Numbered from the stretch's first letter, positions 26,593 through 36,779 are shown. The stretch: 64,000 bases of DNA from a virus (IMGVR_UViG_3300033068_001142:48262-112261); one strand, 5' to 3'. Numbers and translations are program-made. The notes: generated from the sequence alone by a model not told the origin.

Positions 26593-26878
26593 TGGTTGCC
26601 TTTCTAGTTTTAAGTAACTTTCCAGTTTTTGGTAGTTCTATTACTGTAAATGTTCCTGGGAATCTATACCAAAAACCCATGATTGGGGCTTGTGGTTCTG
26701 ATGTTGAATAGCCATATACGTAACCTGGAATTTTCTTAGGGTTTGAGGTTTCTGCAAATCTTTCTATTGATTTAGGGGAGTAGAAAAAATACAGATGGTT
26801 AGAAGAAACTACTAGCCCTTGCTTAGCTTTTACTAAGAATTCTTCTTTAGTTAGTGTGATCACATCACCTACTTTCAT
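26582..26878 (-). CDS. LLKP-tail family small protein
   Basis: 98 aa, MKVGDVITLTKEEFLVKAKQGL..., ends ...ELPKTGKLLKTRKATNDN. Confidence 0.5.
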   Translation of the reverse strand: MKVGDVITLTKEEFLVKAKQGLVVSSNHLYFFYSPKSIERFAETSNPKKIPGYVYGYSTSEPQAPIMGFWYRFPGTFTVIELPKTGKLLKTRKATNDN

Positions 26879-26898
26879 GTTTGTCCTTTATATTAAGA

Positions 26899-26975
26899 TG
26901 GAGCGCATAGAGGAATTCGAATCCCCATAGTCAAGCTTCGCGGGCTTGGTCATTGTCCAGTTATGATATATGCGC
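26899..26975 (-). tRNA. tRNA (77 nt with encoded CCA); anticodon loop CCGCGAA, apparent anticodon GCG (Arg) with C at position 33
   Basis: Manual cloverleaf on the minus strand. Acceptor GCGCATA/TATGCGC (7 bp), U8, D stem TCAT/ATGA with GG in the loop, anticodon stem CAAGC/GCTTG, 5-nt variable loop, T stem GGGGA/TCCTC, T loop TTCGAAT, discriminator T, CCA. Confidence 0.6.
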
Positions 26976-27292
26976 AATCGTCCCTGTGAAGGGACTGTGG
27001 GAAGTCTTACCAAAGTAGCATAGTAGTACAATGTAAGGCAGTAACGAGCCTGTAAACTATTGGTCTATGGTTTTATCTAAGTTTGATGGTTGAGACTTAA
27101 GTGTTAAGCACTAGCAAGAGTACTAGTGAATTAAAGTTTGAACTTATAAGCTTTAAACTGTAAAAGTTAAGCTTTTTAGGATCTTGTATAATTTTAAAGT
27201 AAGATTCACCAATCTAATATTAGTAGCTGAAATTTACCGTTCAGCTGTCGGTGGAACTTTTAACTTGTTACACTTTAGTAAGACTGAGGAGG

Positions 27293-27892
27293 TTAGATTT
27301 CGATTTGAGTTAAAGCGTTGCTTTCACTAAGTGCGTAATCAACATTAGACATGAAGTCTAGTATTTCGTCTGATAGTTCTTGGATGATTGAATCTATAGC
27401 TAATGGGTCTTCTAGTCTTGGTTCGTTTCTGTCTAAGAAAGGTTTAACAATTGCATCTGTTTCATCGCTTTTTGTTTTAGAGTCTTTACCGAAGTTTGCT
27501 TCTAAAAGTTTGTCTAATCTTTCTTGTGTTTTTTCGTTAAGTTTTGAGATTTCATATTTAACTGATTGTTGTTGTGATTTTAATTTTTGTAATAAGGTTT
27601 GTTTGTATGCAATTGTTTGTTTAGTTTCAATTGCTTCTATTACTAGCATTTCTTTTTTACCAATTGTTACTTTTGTAGTAGCATTTGATTTCATAATAGC
27701 TGCTTTTAGTAAGGCTCTACGTTCGATTAAGTCAGTAACTGATTGTAAAGACTCTTTTGGTGTAAACGTTGATACAGCTAGTTTTTTGTTAACTGAGTAA
27801 GTTATGTAGTTATTTTCGTTAATTGTTTTTTCAATTCTTTTGTCTAATAGCTTTAGTTCAGCTAATGCTCTTGTGATTGTAAGTTTTTCCAT
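27293..27892 (-). CDS. Hypothetical protein (coiled-coil rich)
   Basis: 199-aa ORF. Confidence 0.35.
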   Translation of the reverse strand: MEKLTITRALAELKLLDKRIEKTINENNYITYSVNKKLAVSTFTPKESLQSVTDLIERRALLKAAIMKSNATTKVTIGKKEMLVIEAIETKQTIAYKQTLLQKLKSQQQSVKYEISKLNEKTQERLDKLLEANFGKDSKTKSDETDAIVKPFLDRNEPRLEDPLAIDSIIQELSDEILDFMSNVDYALSESNALTQIEI

Positions 27893-27901
27893 TGTTAGTC
27901 C

Positions 27902-28465
27902 TTAGATTGAGCAGTTACTTAATTGCTCTATAATTTTTTTAGCTTGACTCTCTTTATCTCTAATAGCTAGCTCTTGTCTTAGTATTTCTCTTTGTTTTTC
28001 TAAATACTGAGGTAAAGTAGACACCAATTCTTGAAATTGTTTTTGTGTGATATTACTAAGTCCTTGAATGGATACCGTAGTTTCTGAACAAGAATTAATC
28101 AGTTTATGGTAGTATTCGTGAGCGTTGTTTAAAAACAGGGTTTTACCTGATAAAGTAATCATCCTGTTTGAGTTACCTCTGTGTTCTTTAACTTCTTTTC
28201 TTAATGTAAACAAAAGTTTTAAAGTTTTTAGATGTTTAGTGATAAATTTTACTGCATAGTCGTAAATGATTGGGTAATCGTCTTTTTTAAGTGTTGTAGT
28301 ACCTGTGTACATAACTTTACATAATGTTTGACCACATGGACCAGTTAGGTAAACAGTTTTACTTACATGGCTTATAGCTAAGTCTGGTAATTGTTTAGAA
28401 GCAAAAAACTCACTTAATGCAAGTTGTAATGTTAATGGGGAAGTAATTTCTGATACTTTTTTCAT
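27902..28465 (-). CDS. Hypothetical protein
   Basis: 187-aa ORF. Confidence 0.35.
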   Translation of the reverse strand: MKKVSEITSPLTLQLALSEFFASKQLPDLAISHVSKTVYLTGPCGQTLCKVMYTGTTTLKKDDYPIIYDYAVKFITKHLKTLKLLFTLRKEVKEHRGNSNRMITLSGKTLFLNNAHEYYHKLINSCSETTVSIQGLSNITQKQFQELVSTLPQYLEKQREILRQELAIRDKESQAKKIIEQLSNCSI

Positions 28466-28630
28466 TATTAGTCCTTTTGTGGTGGTGTAACTGAGATGTA
28501 GCTAATTGGAACTAGTCTGTATTTGTTTCCAGATTTTTCTTCAGCTAAGGTAATTACTCCTCTTTTGTTAAAAGAAGTTTCTTGTGTTGTTTTACCTGTT
28601 CTTACCCAGATTTCTTTTTTAGTTGCTGGT

Positions 28631-28855
28631 TTAGTTTTGTTCATGAGGCTCTCCTAATATTGTAGATAAATTTTTTTGAATTTCAATACCTTTTGATATG
28701 TCAGCTGTTAATTCAGCAACTTTGTCTTCTAACTCTAATTTTTCTTCAGTTTTTTCTTTTGTGAATTGTTTTAATTCTTCAAGAGTGTCTCTGAATGTTT
28801 TAGTGATGTCTGCTAATGATTTTTTAGCTGTTTGTTTTAGTGTAAATGATAACAT
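28631..28855 (-). CDS. Hypothetical small coiled-coil protein
   Basis: 74-aa ORF. Confidence 0.3.
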   Translation of the reverse strand: MLSFTLKQTAKKSLADITKTFRDTLEELKQFTKEKTEEKLELEDKVAELTADISKGIEIQKNLSTILGEPHEQN

Positions 28856-28874
28856 TTTGTTCCTTTGTATGAGT

Positions 28875-29342
28875 TTAGATTTCTACTTGTTTATTGTTTA
28901 GTATTTCACATACTTTTTCCGCTACGTGTTTTGGCATATAGACTACACCTAAAGCCCTCCAGTCTGAATTAGAGCTGATTGTATAAGTTTCACTAGGGTA
29001 GTCATAAAAAATCATAAACTTATTACTATGCCTATGTGTAAAATCTATTTTGGTTTTGTAGTTAGGGTCTATTTGTTCAGCTAATGCACCAATGCACATA
29101 AGTTCTTTTTGTAATTGGAAGTCTGCATCAGCATTTGATTCAAGTTGTCTGTATCTGAAATTTTCTAAATTAGAAGGGTCTGCTCCTGAAGTTTTATGAG
29201 CTACCCAGTTAGTACCGATGAAAGATGTTTCCGTATCAGTATATCTAAATTTAAACTTATCTACCTTTGATAATTCTGCTTTTAGTCCAGCTAGTTCTGA
29301 TTCTAGTGCTTGGATTCTTTGGTTAATTTTGTCGTGATTCAT
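28875..29342 (-). CDS. Hypothetical protein
   Basis: 155-aa ORF with an N-terminal coiled coil. Confidence 0.35.
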   Translation of the reverse strand: MNHDKINQRIQALESELAGLKAELSKVDKFKFRYTDTETSFIGTNWVAHKTSGADPSNLENFRYRQLESNADADFQLQKELMCIGALAEQIDPNYKTKIDFTHRHSNKFMIFYDYPSETYTISSNSDWRALGVVYMPKHVAEKVCEILNNKQVEI

Positions 29343-29396
29343 TTTTAATCCTTAGTATTGATTCTTGTAGGTAAGATGGTAGTGTTATTTCTATTT

Positions 29397-29783
29397 CTAC
29401 CAATCTATGTTTATTTTATACTCACCAGCTTCTAGTAGGCCTTTTTCGTGTAAATCGTTTATAATCATTGATACGTCTGGGTAGAAGTTCCTACACCACC
29501 ATAAATCTGTTGATAGTTGGTTTCTGTCTGGTAGCAATTTACTTGGGTCTCTTTCAAGCCAAGCTTTAAAACTAACACCCATATCATCATGGTTTACGAT
29601 TTCTGGTAATGTGTTATTTTTATAGTCGTTTGGGTGAGGTTCCGGTACTTTTATATTTACTAACTGTCTTTCTTTACATCCATCTTGTTGTTGAAATTGG
29701 TAGGGCTTGTTATAAGTTTTTCCTACTAATTTATCGAAGTCTTCTACTTCTATAATTTTAACTTCTCGATATGCTATACTCAT
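29397..29783 (-). CDS. Hypothetical protein
   Basis: 128-aa ORF. Confidence 0.35.
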   Translation of the reverse strand: MSIAYREVKIIEVEDFDKLVGKTYNKPYQFQQQDGCKERQLVNIKVPEPHPNDYKNNTLPEIVNHDDMGVSFKAWLERDPSKLLPDRNQLSTDLWWCRNFYPDVSMIINDLHEKGLLEAGEYKINIDW

Positions 29784-29846
29784 TTGATTAAGCCTTTGAT
29801 TGAGTTAAGCCAAGAAGTTTGGCGTTGTTGTTTTGTTGTTGTCATA

Positions 29847-30506
29847 TTAATCCTTTAAATGTGATGGTAGTTCGCCAAAGAAAGGTTCGCAATACTTATA
29901 GTAAGCACCTAGTGCTTTTGAACCATTCGGGTAAGTAGCAAAATATTTGCCATCAGAAAACTCTTGAAGTTGCGAAAGTACTGGAATACGGTCTTTTTGC
30001 ATAAACCAACACCATTCACCTGGTTTAGGCTGCCATTTAATTGCTTTTTCTACTGAGATGCTATTACTATACTTATCATAGTAGTAATCAGATTCTACTC
30101 TATGTACTTTAATAGTAAAGTTACCTTGTCTAATCCAATCACTAACTTTAAATTTTGGTTCTTCTGGTTTGATTCTATAGTTGTTAGGATGGGCTCTGTC
30201 AGATAAAATTCCGATCGATAAATCTATATCTTTCCAAGTGTTTGGAAAATCTTTTTTATTCAAGCCATAGTTTCCAAAGTTATACTGAACAGTCTTACCT
30301 TCAGAGAGAGCTTTTCTGAATTCAACATACTCATCGTTGATAATATAAGCTATGTTCTCATTATCCCAAAGAGCATTTTTATCTATTGGTTGCCAATCGA
30401 CAGCGTATCCGTTTAGCTTATTCTTAATCGGACAAGCTAGTACTTCCTTATCATTTAACCAATGGTCAAATTCTGTTTTGTACTTAAGTATTAATTCTTT
30501 GTTCAT
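29847..30506 (-). CDS. Hypothetical protein
   Basis: 219-aa Trp/Tyr-rich ORF. Confidence 0.35.
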   Translation of the reverse strand: MNKELILKYKTEFDHWLNDKEVLACPIKNKLNGYAVDWQPIDKNALWDNENIAYIINDEYVEFRKALSEGKTVQYNFGNYGLNKKDFPNTWKDIDLSIGILSDRAHPNNYRIKPEEPKFKVSDWIRQGNFTIKVHRVESDYYYDKYSNSISVEKAIKWQPKPGEWCWFMQKDRIPVLSQLQEFSDGKYFATYPNGSKALGAYYKYCEPFFGELPSHLKD

Positions 30507-30542
30507 TTTACTCCTTTAAATTAAGATAAGTAAGGGAATCCC

Positions 30543-31184
30543 TTACTTTGCTGTACCAACATTGATGATTGGTTGAGCTGTTGTTTTAGCTATTTCAATT
30601 CTTGCTTGTCTTTCAGAAGCAATTGTTGTGTTTAATGTAGAAATTTGTTCGTTTAAGAATTCAATTTTTGCATCTTTAGCATCTAACTCTGCTTTCATTT
30701 TTGCAGTTTCTGCTGAGTTTGTTAATTCAAGCTTAGTAACTGCCATTGAATGTTCTTTTGTTAACTCAGTTCTAGCACTTGTTACTGCTTTTGATACTAT
30801 TGAATCAATTGATTGCTCAACTTCTTTTAACTTTGCTTCTAAGTTTGGAACTACGTCTGCTGCAACTACTATTGCACCTCTTGATTTTGCTAACTCGTTT
30901 AACGTTTTTTCTTCGTTTTCTTTTAACCTAAGTTTCAAGTCTACGCTTGCAGCTCTTTCTTTTTCTGCTATTGTAGTGTCGATTTCTTTCTTTTTATGGT
31001 CTAATTTTATATCTAAATTGACTAACTCGTTTGTTTTGATGTTTACTTGCTCTGTTAAACTTTCAACTTGCTCAGAGTAAATAGCTAATGTTTCTGCTAC
31101 TTTACTTAGTGAAAGGACAGCAGTTGTAATTGCTTTTGCTGATTTTTGTGATACATCTAAAATTATTGCTTTTTCTTGTGACAT
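30543..31184 (-). CDS. Hypothetical coiled-coil protein
   Basis: 213 aa, Ala/Glu/Lys-rich heptads. Confidence 0.35.
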   Translation of the reverse strand: MSQEKAIILDVSQKSAKAITTAVLSLSKVAETLAIYSEQVESLTEQVNIKTNELVNLDIKLDHKKKEIDTTIAEKERAASVDLKLRLKENEEKTLNELAKSRGAIVVAADVVPNLEAKLKEVEQSIDSIVSKAVTSARTELTKEHSMAVTKLELTNSAETAKMKAELDAKDAKIEFLNEQISTLNTTIASERQARIEIAKTTAQPIINVGTAK

Positions 31185-31247
31185 TGATTCTCCTGATGAT
31201 TGTAATTAAAATACTACTGTTAGTACTTTATGATACAATCAAGAAGA

Positions 31248-31559
31248 CTAGTTGTCTTCTTGAGGTAATCTTTCAACTATTATTAAGGCAATTCCATAAA
31301 GTGCTGCTGTAATAAAATGACTGCTAAGTATAAATACGAATAGTAATGTTATTTTTAGCAGTTTGTTAAGTAATGATTGTGGTTTTCTTGGTTTTAGCAG
31401 TGATGCGTTTCCAGTAATGTATAGTATTGTGAATGCTACTATGAAAATTACTGAAATAGCAGAGTAAAAGTAAACTAACCCCATTGATACGAATGGTATG
31501 TTAGCTATTACTAGTATTGATACTATTAGTAGTACTAGTGGTGGTAAGTATGTTTTCAT
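31248..31559 (-). CDS. Small integral membrane protein (possible partner of the SPFH protein)
   Basis: 103 aa with three hydrophobic helices. It is ATGA-coupled to the SPFH gene and contains an internal LLKPRKPQ. Confidence 0.4.
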   Translation of the reverse strand: MKTYLPPLVLLIVSILVIANIPFVSMGLVYFYSAISVIFIVAFTILYITGNASLLKPRKPQSLLNKLLKITLLFVFILSSHFITAALYGIALIIVERLPQEDN

Positions 31560-32419
31560 TTAGCATCCTTTCTGATGTCCATTAATACGTTAGTTCCTTG
31601 TCCAATTCCTGTTGTTAAGTAACTTCCGTTCCAGTTTTGAGCTTTAGTTAGTTCGATTATAAGTGGGTTTCCTTGTAATGCTCTTCCTTTAGCTTCGATT
31701 GATTTAGCTTCTGCTTGACCTTTTAAGCTAATTGCTTCGGCTTCTGCTGTTGCTTTTAGTTTGATTGATTGAGCTTCTGCATCTGCTGTGTTAACTGCTC
31801 TTTGTGCTTCTAGTTTTTGTTTCTCAAGTTTGAATACCTCAGCGTCTGCTAAGTTCTTTTCAGTTTGTTTAGTTTCGATTGACTTTAAGTAGTTAGCTGG
31901 TAACTCAATGTTTTCTATGTTAATTGCAGAGATTTCAATTGGTAAATCTCCGATAGATTGAATTAAGGCGTCTTTTACTTTTAGTGTTACTAAGTCTCTT
32001 TTAGAGATTGTGTCTTCTGCTTTGAATTTAGCTACTGACTCTTTTACAATTGCTCTAAATCTTGGATCTATTACTCTTTGCTCAAATTGGTCTAATGAGC
32101 CGTAGTCTTTGAATAAGTTTAGTACATCTGATTTCTTAGCTGTCCAGTTCATAGATGCTACTACCTGTACTGGCATTTGTTCTGAAGTTGCAGCTTGCAT
32201 TTCTTCAGAATTTTTTCTTGTTCTAACTTCAATTGTTGTAGTAGTATCTACTAGAGGGATTTTGAAGTTTAGGCCTGGTTCTGTTGTGTAAGTTGCTTTA
32301 CTGAATCTCTTTACTACATCCACATGTCCTTCAGGCGTTATAAAAGCGCCTAAATAAACTAATACTATTCCTGAGAATACGGATATAAATCCCATTCCTA
32401 CTTTTGTTTCTATTTTCAT
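31556..32419 (-). CDS. SPFH/band-7 domain protein (HflK/C-stomatin/prohibitin-like)
   Basis: N-terminal TM helix followed by ...VVKRFSKATYTTEPGLNFKIPLVDTTTTIEVRTRKNSEE...MPVQVVASMNW..., then a long Ala/Glu coiled coil, as in SPFH proteins. Confidence 0.55.
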   Translation of the reverse strand: MKIETKVGMGFISVFSGIVLVYLGAFITPEGHVDVVKRFSKATYTTEPGLNFKIPLVDTTTTIEVRTRKNSEEMQAATSEQMPVQVVASMNWTAKKSDVLNLFKDYGSLDQFEQRVIDPRFRAIVKESVAKFKAEDTISKRDLVTLKVKDALIQSIGDLPIEISAINIENIELPANYLKSIETKQTEKNLADAEVFKLEKQKLEAQRAVNTADAEAQSIKLKATAEAEAISLKGQAEAKSIEAKGRALQGNPLIIELTKAQNWNGSYLTTGIGQGTNVLMDIRKDAK

Positions 32420-32522
32420 AATTCCTCCATTATTTTTGTTAAGTTATCTAATACATCTAAGCTATAGCATTCAAAGCATCCACCAAATTTTAACAAAGGG
32501 GTGGTTGCAATCATTGATTTTT

Positions 32523-33104
32523 TTACGTAATTTTCCATATTTCTCCTTTTGGTTTGATTATAGTTATGTCTTTTTTAAAATAAGTAGCAATTGCTTCTAA
32601 TCCTTTTAATATGTAGTTTCTCTCATTATCTGGTACGTATAGTTTAAAGCTGTCGAAATATGCTGCTCCTCGAAACAATACTTTTATGTTTACGTCGTTA
32701 TCCTTAATTTGAAAATTAATACGTTGACTTAAGTATTGGTTATATTTTTTTAATCGGTTGAGGTTAGATATATAAATAGATTTAACTAAAGTATGTTCTG
32801 ATGAGGCTTTAGTTTGTGGTACAACATGGTGGTTTATTGGGAAATGATTGCCAATATTATCAGTATAGATTAGTATTCCGCCAGACCCTGGTAATTTTGT
32901 TGATGGGTCTGTTAAATTAAATGCTTTACGCAGTGCTTGATTAGCTAATCTTAGTTTATGTTTTTGATTTTCAATGTCCTCTAGTTGGTACACTTTTAGT
33001 AATGGGTTTTTAATGTTTTCATTAGCTATTAATGTATTGTAAAGCTTGTGTTGTTCTTTTATTAAACGGGTAGCTTTTAGTTTAGCTAGGTATTGAGTTA
33101 TCAT
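32523..33104 (-). CDS. Hypothetical protein
   Basis: 193-aa ORF. Confidence 0.35.
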   Translation of the reverse strand: MITQYLAKLKATRLIKEQHKLYNTLIANENIKNPLLKVYQLEDIENQKHKLRLANQALRKAFNLTDPSTKLPGSGGILIYTDNIGNHFPINHHVVPQTKASSEHTLVKSIYISNLNRLKKYNQYLSQRINFQIKDNDVNIKVLFRGAAYFDSFKLYVPDNERNYILKGLEAIATYFKKDITIIKPKGEIWKIT

Positions 33105-33702
33105 TGCTAGTCTCGAAGAATTCTAGGTTATCGTTTAGTATGTCTTTTAGCTGATGAGTACATTTTAGTAAATCATCAGTTGGTACTGATAATCTCTTTG
33201 TTGCTGTTGATACTTGTTGTACTACAGTGGATAGTTCAGAAGAGATGTTATCTAACTTACCTTTTTCTGAATATATCTCGGTAATGATTGGATGTAAATG
33301 ACGGCAAGTTTTTTCTGTAGCAGTAAGTACGTCATGATGTAATTTTTGTACTGAGTCGTAGTCGTTTTGAACTTTAGTTTGAATTAAAGCTATCTCATTT
33401 TTTAAGTCCTGTATCAATGGGTTTAACTTATTGGTAAAATCTTGACGAACTTTATTAAATTCGTTATAGAAAGTAGAATTTAAGTGTCGTTCTTGTGCTT
33501 CTTTGACTATACTATCTACTAATGTGTTTTTATGATTTTGGTATTTGTTTAAGCTTTCAGTTAAAGCTGATATAAGTTTTACTGTAGCTTCTGACTCTGT
33601 ACCGTTTTTCCATACTACTGCATCTGATTTTAAGTATAAAATGTTATCTAAAGGTATTACAAAACCTTCTGTTGTCGTATAAGTAGATAGGTTTGGCGTC
33701 AT
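33082..33702 (-). CDS. Hypothetical protein
   Basis: 206-aa ORF. Confidence 0.35.
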   Translation of the reverse strand: MTPNLSTYTTTEGFVIPLDNILYLKSDAVVWKNGTESEATVKLISALTESLNKYQNHKNTLVDSIVKEAQERHLNSTFYNEFNKVRQDFTNKLNPLIQDLKNEIALIQTKVQNDYDSVQKLHHDVLTATEKTCRHLHPIITEIYSEKGKLDNISSELSTVVQQVSTATKRLSVPTDDLLKCTHQLKDILNDNLEFFETSNDNSIPS

Positions 33703-33989
33703 TTTAATGCTCCTAATCCTGATGGGTTTAATTGAAATACGTTGTTATTATCTTTGTAGAGTAGTATACCATTTGGTAATTCTATTATACATGTATTATG
33801 CTTAATGTGCATAACCTTTGGAGGAATAGCTAGTTCTAGATCTGCTATAGGAATCCATCCAACTTTTTCGAGATAAGCCAGCGTTTTAGTGTGATCTATT
33901 TCTAATACATGAGAAGAGGTGTTAAGTTTTTTACAGTGTACGTAATTACCTTCTTTGATTGAATGAGGGTTGTCGTTATCTCTGTCCAT
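33699..33989 (-). CDS. Hypothetical protein
   Basis: 96-aa ORF. Confidence 0.3.
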   Translation of the reverse strand: MDRDNDNPHSIKEGNYVHCKKLNTSSHVLEIDHTKTLAYLEKVGWIPIADLELAIPPKVMHIKHNTCIIELPNGILLYKDNNNVFQLNPSGLGALK

Positions 33990-33991
33990 TG

Positions 33992-34999
33992 TTATTTCTC
34001 GCTATATTGTGATATTAAGGTGTTAGATGCTTCTTCACGTTTTTTATTCATTGTTAAATGAAGTTGTGTGATTTGATTGTAAGAATCTATGATTTTGGTT
34101 TGAGTCTTTTTAGCTAACTCTTGTATCTTTTCTTGGTGTTTGATGTCTGCTTGTGCTGATGCTTCAAGTTGTTTAACGTCGATTCCTGTATTAGCTAAGA
34201 GTTCCATTGATGAATAGATTGTTTGATGAATTGAGTCTTTAATTTTAATACTAACTTCAGATGTTAGCTCTGTGATGTCGTTAGTCATGTCAATTAAATC
34301 TTGTAGGTTTTGTTGTGCTACTTTGTCACCCATTTCTCCAAGTAAGTCTGATTCGATTGTTGGAATGATGTTTTGTACTTTTTGAACAGCTAAGGTAGCT
34401 GTCATAATGTACGGTTCAATTCTTGAATGAATTTTTGAGTAAAGCTTTTCAATTGAAATTTGAGTAGCTGATGCTAATTGTTGTGCATCTAATGTTTCTC
34501 TTGCTGATAGGTTTGGTTGTTTTAAGAAGTCTAGTACTTTAGTGTTGATTATTTCTAAAGTCATTACTCTTTCTACAGCTCTTTCTCTAATTGTAGTTAG
34601 TTCTTCGATGATATTAATTACTTCTGCTCTTTTAGTTTGGATAGATGTAATTACGCTATTCACTACTTCTGTAATTGATTTTTGTTTGATAGCTTCTATT
34701 CTTAATTCTTCTGATTTAACTCCAAGCCATTTTGATAGTTTTGAGCCACCTGGGATAGCTGATAAAGCTTTTGATGTAATTGAGCTAGCTGTTGATTGCT
34801 CTTTTCCTTTTGATGCTAATTCAGCTATTTGTGCAGCTGCAGTTGCTATTTGGTCTTTTACATCGTCTAAACCTTTTAAGGTAAAGTTGTTTGTTAGCTT
34901 TGATGTGTCTATTTTGTCTTCAGCTTTAGTTTGTTTAAATAGGTTTTCTAGCTCTGATAGAGAGATTTTTGAATTAGTTTCTGTAGTTTCGATCATCAT
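33992..34999 (-). CDS. Hypothetical coiled-coil protein
   Basis: 335 aa, largely helical and repetitive. Confidence 0.35.
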   Translation of the reverse strand: MMIETTETNSKISLSELENLFKQTKAEDKIDTSKLTNNFTLKGLDDVKDQIATAAAQIAELASKGKEQSTASSITSKALSAIPGGSKLSKWLGVKSEELRIEAIKQKSITEVVNSVITSIQTKRAEVINIIEELTTIRERAVERVMTLEIINTKVLDFLKQPNLSARETLDAQQLASATQISIEKLYSKIHSRIEPYIMTATLAVQKVQNIIPTIESDLLGEMGDKVAQQNLQDLIDMTNDITELTSEVSIKIKDSIHQTIYSSMELLANTGIDVKQLEASAQADIKHQEKIQELAKKTQTKIIDSYNQITQLHLTMNKKREEASNTLISQYSEK

Positions 35000-35155
35000 T
35001 TGTTGTATCCTTGTTTAGTGTGGAATATTACGTTAGCTATTGCTTCTTTTGACATTGTTTCTTGTTCTAGTAGTTCTAGTACTATTTGAATGTTTTTTCT
35101 TGCAGCTTCTTGAATTTCTTTTGGTTGTTTTAGTAGCATTTTGTTAATGGTTGCA

Positions 35156-35341
35156 TTAAAAGTAGCGATTTCCATTTAGTTCTCCTGAAGGCATGTTGAT
35201 ATAGTAAATAATAATAGGATGAGTATCTCTAGTAGTTGGAGATTTTCCATTCTGTGTCCTTGTGATTAAGTTTGAAGTGGCAATGTAAATGCTAATGAAG
35301 ATTGATAAAGTAACTAGGATAGCTAAGTAAATTAGTTTCAT
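35156..35341 (-). CDS. Small membrane protein
   Basis: 61 aa with a single TM helix, ATGA-coupled to 35338..35925. Confidence 0.3.
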   Translation of the reverse strand: MKLIYLAILVTLSIFISIYIATSNLITRTQNGKSPTTRDTHPIIIYYINMPSGELNGNRYF

Positions 35342-35925
35342 TCTTGCAACCTTTTTAGTATTAAGTGTTTTAGTTTGATTGTGTAAGGTACTAGGTAGTT
35401 GTACTTTTGTTTTTCAATACCTTTGTACTTTTTGATTGCTTGTTTTTGGGTTTGTGTTTCTTTGTAGTAGTTGTAAATTTCAATACAAGCTGCTACTGAG
35501 TTAATTTCAATACCTTTTTCTAATAAGTAAGTTTCCCAAAATTCTGGTACTACTCCACAAATACCTTCAGCTTGAGAGTTGTGGTCAATGTTGTAGTTCC
35601 AAGAAGATTCTGTCCAAGCTAATGCAAGGCCTAAGGCTACTTCTTCGGTGGAATAGTCCTTTAGAGTTTCTTTAATGCCTGAAAGTTTTTGATAAAAGAG
35701 CATTTCGTTGTAAGTGTCTTCTAACAGGAATTCCATTTTGTTTAGTTGTAATGTGGTTTGTTTTTGTTCTTCAATAGCTTGTAGAGCTATGTGTTGAGTT
35801 TGCAAAGTTACATAAGTTAAACGATTAAGTTGTTTAGTGTGTTGATATGAGTCGTAAAAATACATAGCAAGCACTATTAGTAGGGTGTAAATTGAGCCTA
35901 CTGCTATGATGTCACTTCGTTTCAT
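35338..35925 (-). CDS. Putative lytic transglycosylase (SLT-like) with an N-terminal membrane anchor
   Basis: N-terminal TM helix. ...ALAWTESSWNYNIDHNSQAEGICGVVPEF... resembles the SLT E-S...G-LMQ core. Confidence 0.4.
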   Translation of the reverse strand: MKRSDIIAVGSIYTLLIVLAMYFYDSYQHTKQLNRLTYVTLQTQHIALQAIEEQKQTTLQLNKMEFLLEDTYNEMLFYQKLSGIKETLKDYSTEEVALGLALAWTESSWNYNIDHNSQAEGICGVVPEFWETYLLEKGIEINSVAACIEIYNYYKETQTQKQAIKKYKGIEKQKYNYLVPYTIKLKHLILKRLQE

Positions 35926-36112
35926 CTGTATCTTCTTGGTCTATTGTTACATCAGGGGTAGTTGCTATTTTGTGGATAGTGATGATGTAGTTTGTGTTTG
36001 GTTGTAATTGTTTTGATGGATCAATTAGAGTTAGTCCTCCACCTTGGGCTACGATTTGGTTTGCTTGGTCTGTGAATGTTTTGCAAGCAAATTCAGTTAT
36101 TTTTACTATCAT
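35912..36112 (-). CDS. Hypothetical small protein
   Basis: 66-aa ORF. Confidence 0.3.
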   Translation of the reverse strand: MIVKITEFACKTFTDQANQIVAQGGGLTLIDPSKQLQPNTNYIITIHKIATTPDVTIDQEDTDETK

Positions 36113-36122
36113 GTTTATTCCT

Positions 36123-36779
36123 TTAAGTTAAGTTGGTGTGTGTTTCAGGAATTCCACCTGAATAGGCTTCTTTAGCTTTTAGAAAGTTTACTACTGTTTG
36201 CTTAAACTCTTGTCCTTTGTAGATAGTATCACATAAGTCAATTACTGATGTTAGTGTTTCAATTGAGAATTCGTTTAATGCTCTGTTGAATACTTCTACT
36301 GTTGTAGAAATTTCACCTTTATCAGCTGCAACAGTTTGTGAAATAAAAGCTTGATTGATGTCTGCATAGAAATGTTCCCATTTAATGTTACCGGCTTCAG
36401 TTGTTTCAATGTTAAATTCTTTTCCTACTTTTCTTTCATTGATTAAGAAGACTGAGCTAATTGCATGAGTTTTTACGAAGTTATGCATTTTGTTAGTTAC
36501 TGTTTGGTATGGTTCAGGTAATCCTTGCACATTCCATATTGTGTCAATTTCATTGTCTATTACACTAACAACTGCTCCAAGGTTTTTAATAAAAGAGTAA
36601 CAAGTATTACATTCGTGCTCTTTTCTCATTCTGAAAATTTGATTATGTTCAGATGGGTAAGCATCTTGATAAGTTTGCCATAGAGCTTCTTTTGATACGT
36701 TTAATTTTAGTAAAACACCTGTTGCTGATAATGTTAAAAATTTGCTGTTAACAGCGTCTGCGAATTGTTTGAATGCCAT
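36123..36779 (-). CDS. Hypothetical protein
   Basis: 218-aa ORF. Confidence 0.35.
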   Translation of the reverse strand: MAFKQFADAVNSKFLTLSATGVLLKLNVSKEALWQTYQDAYPSEHNQIFRMRKEHECNTCYSFIKNLGAVVSVIDNEIDTIWNVQGLPEPYQTVTNKMHNFVKTHAISSVFLINERKVGKEFNIETTEAGNIKWEHFYADINQAFISQTVAADKGEISTTVEVFNRALNEFSIETLTSVIDLCDTIYKGQEFKQTVVNFLKAKEAYSGGIPETHTNLT

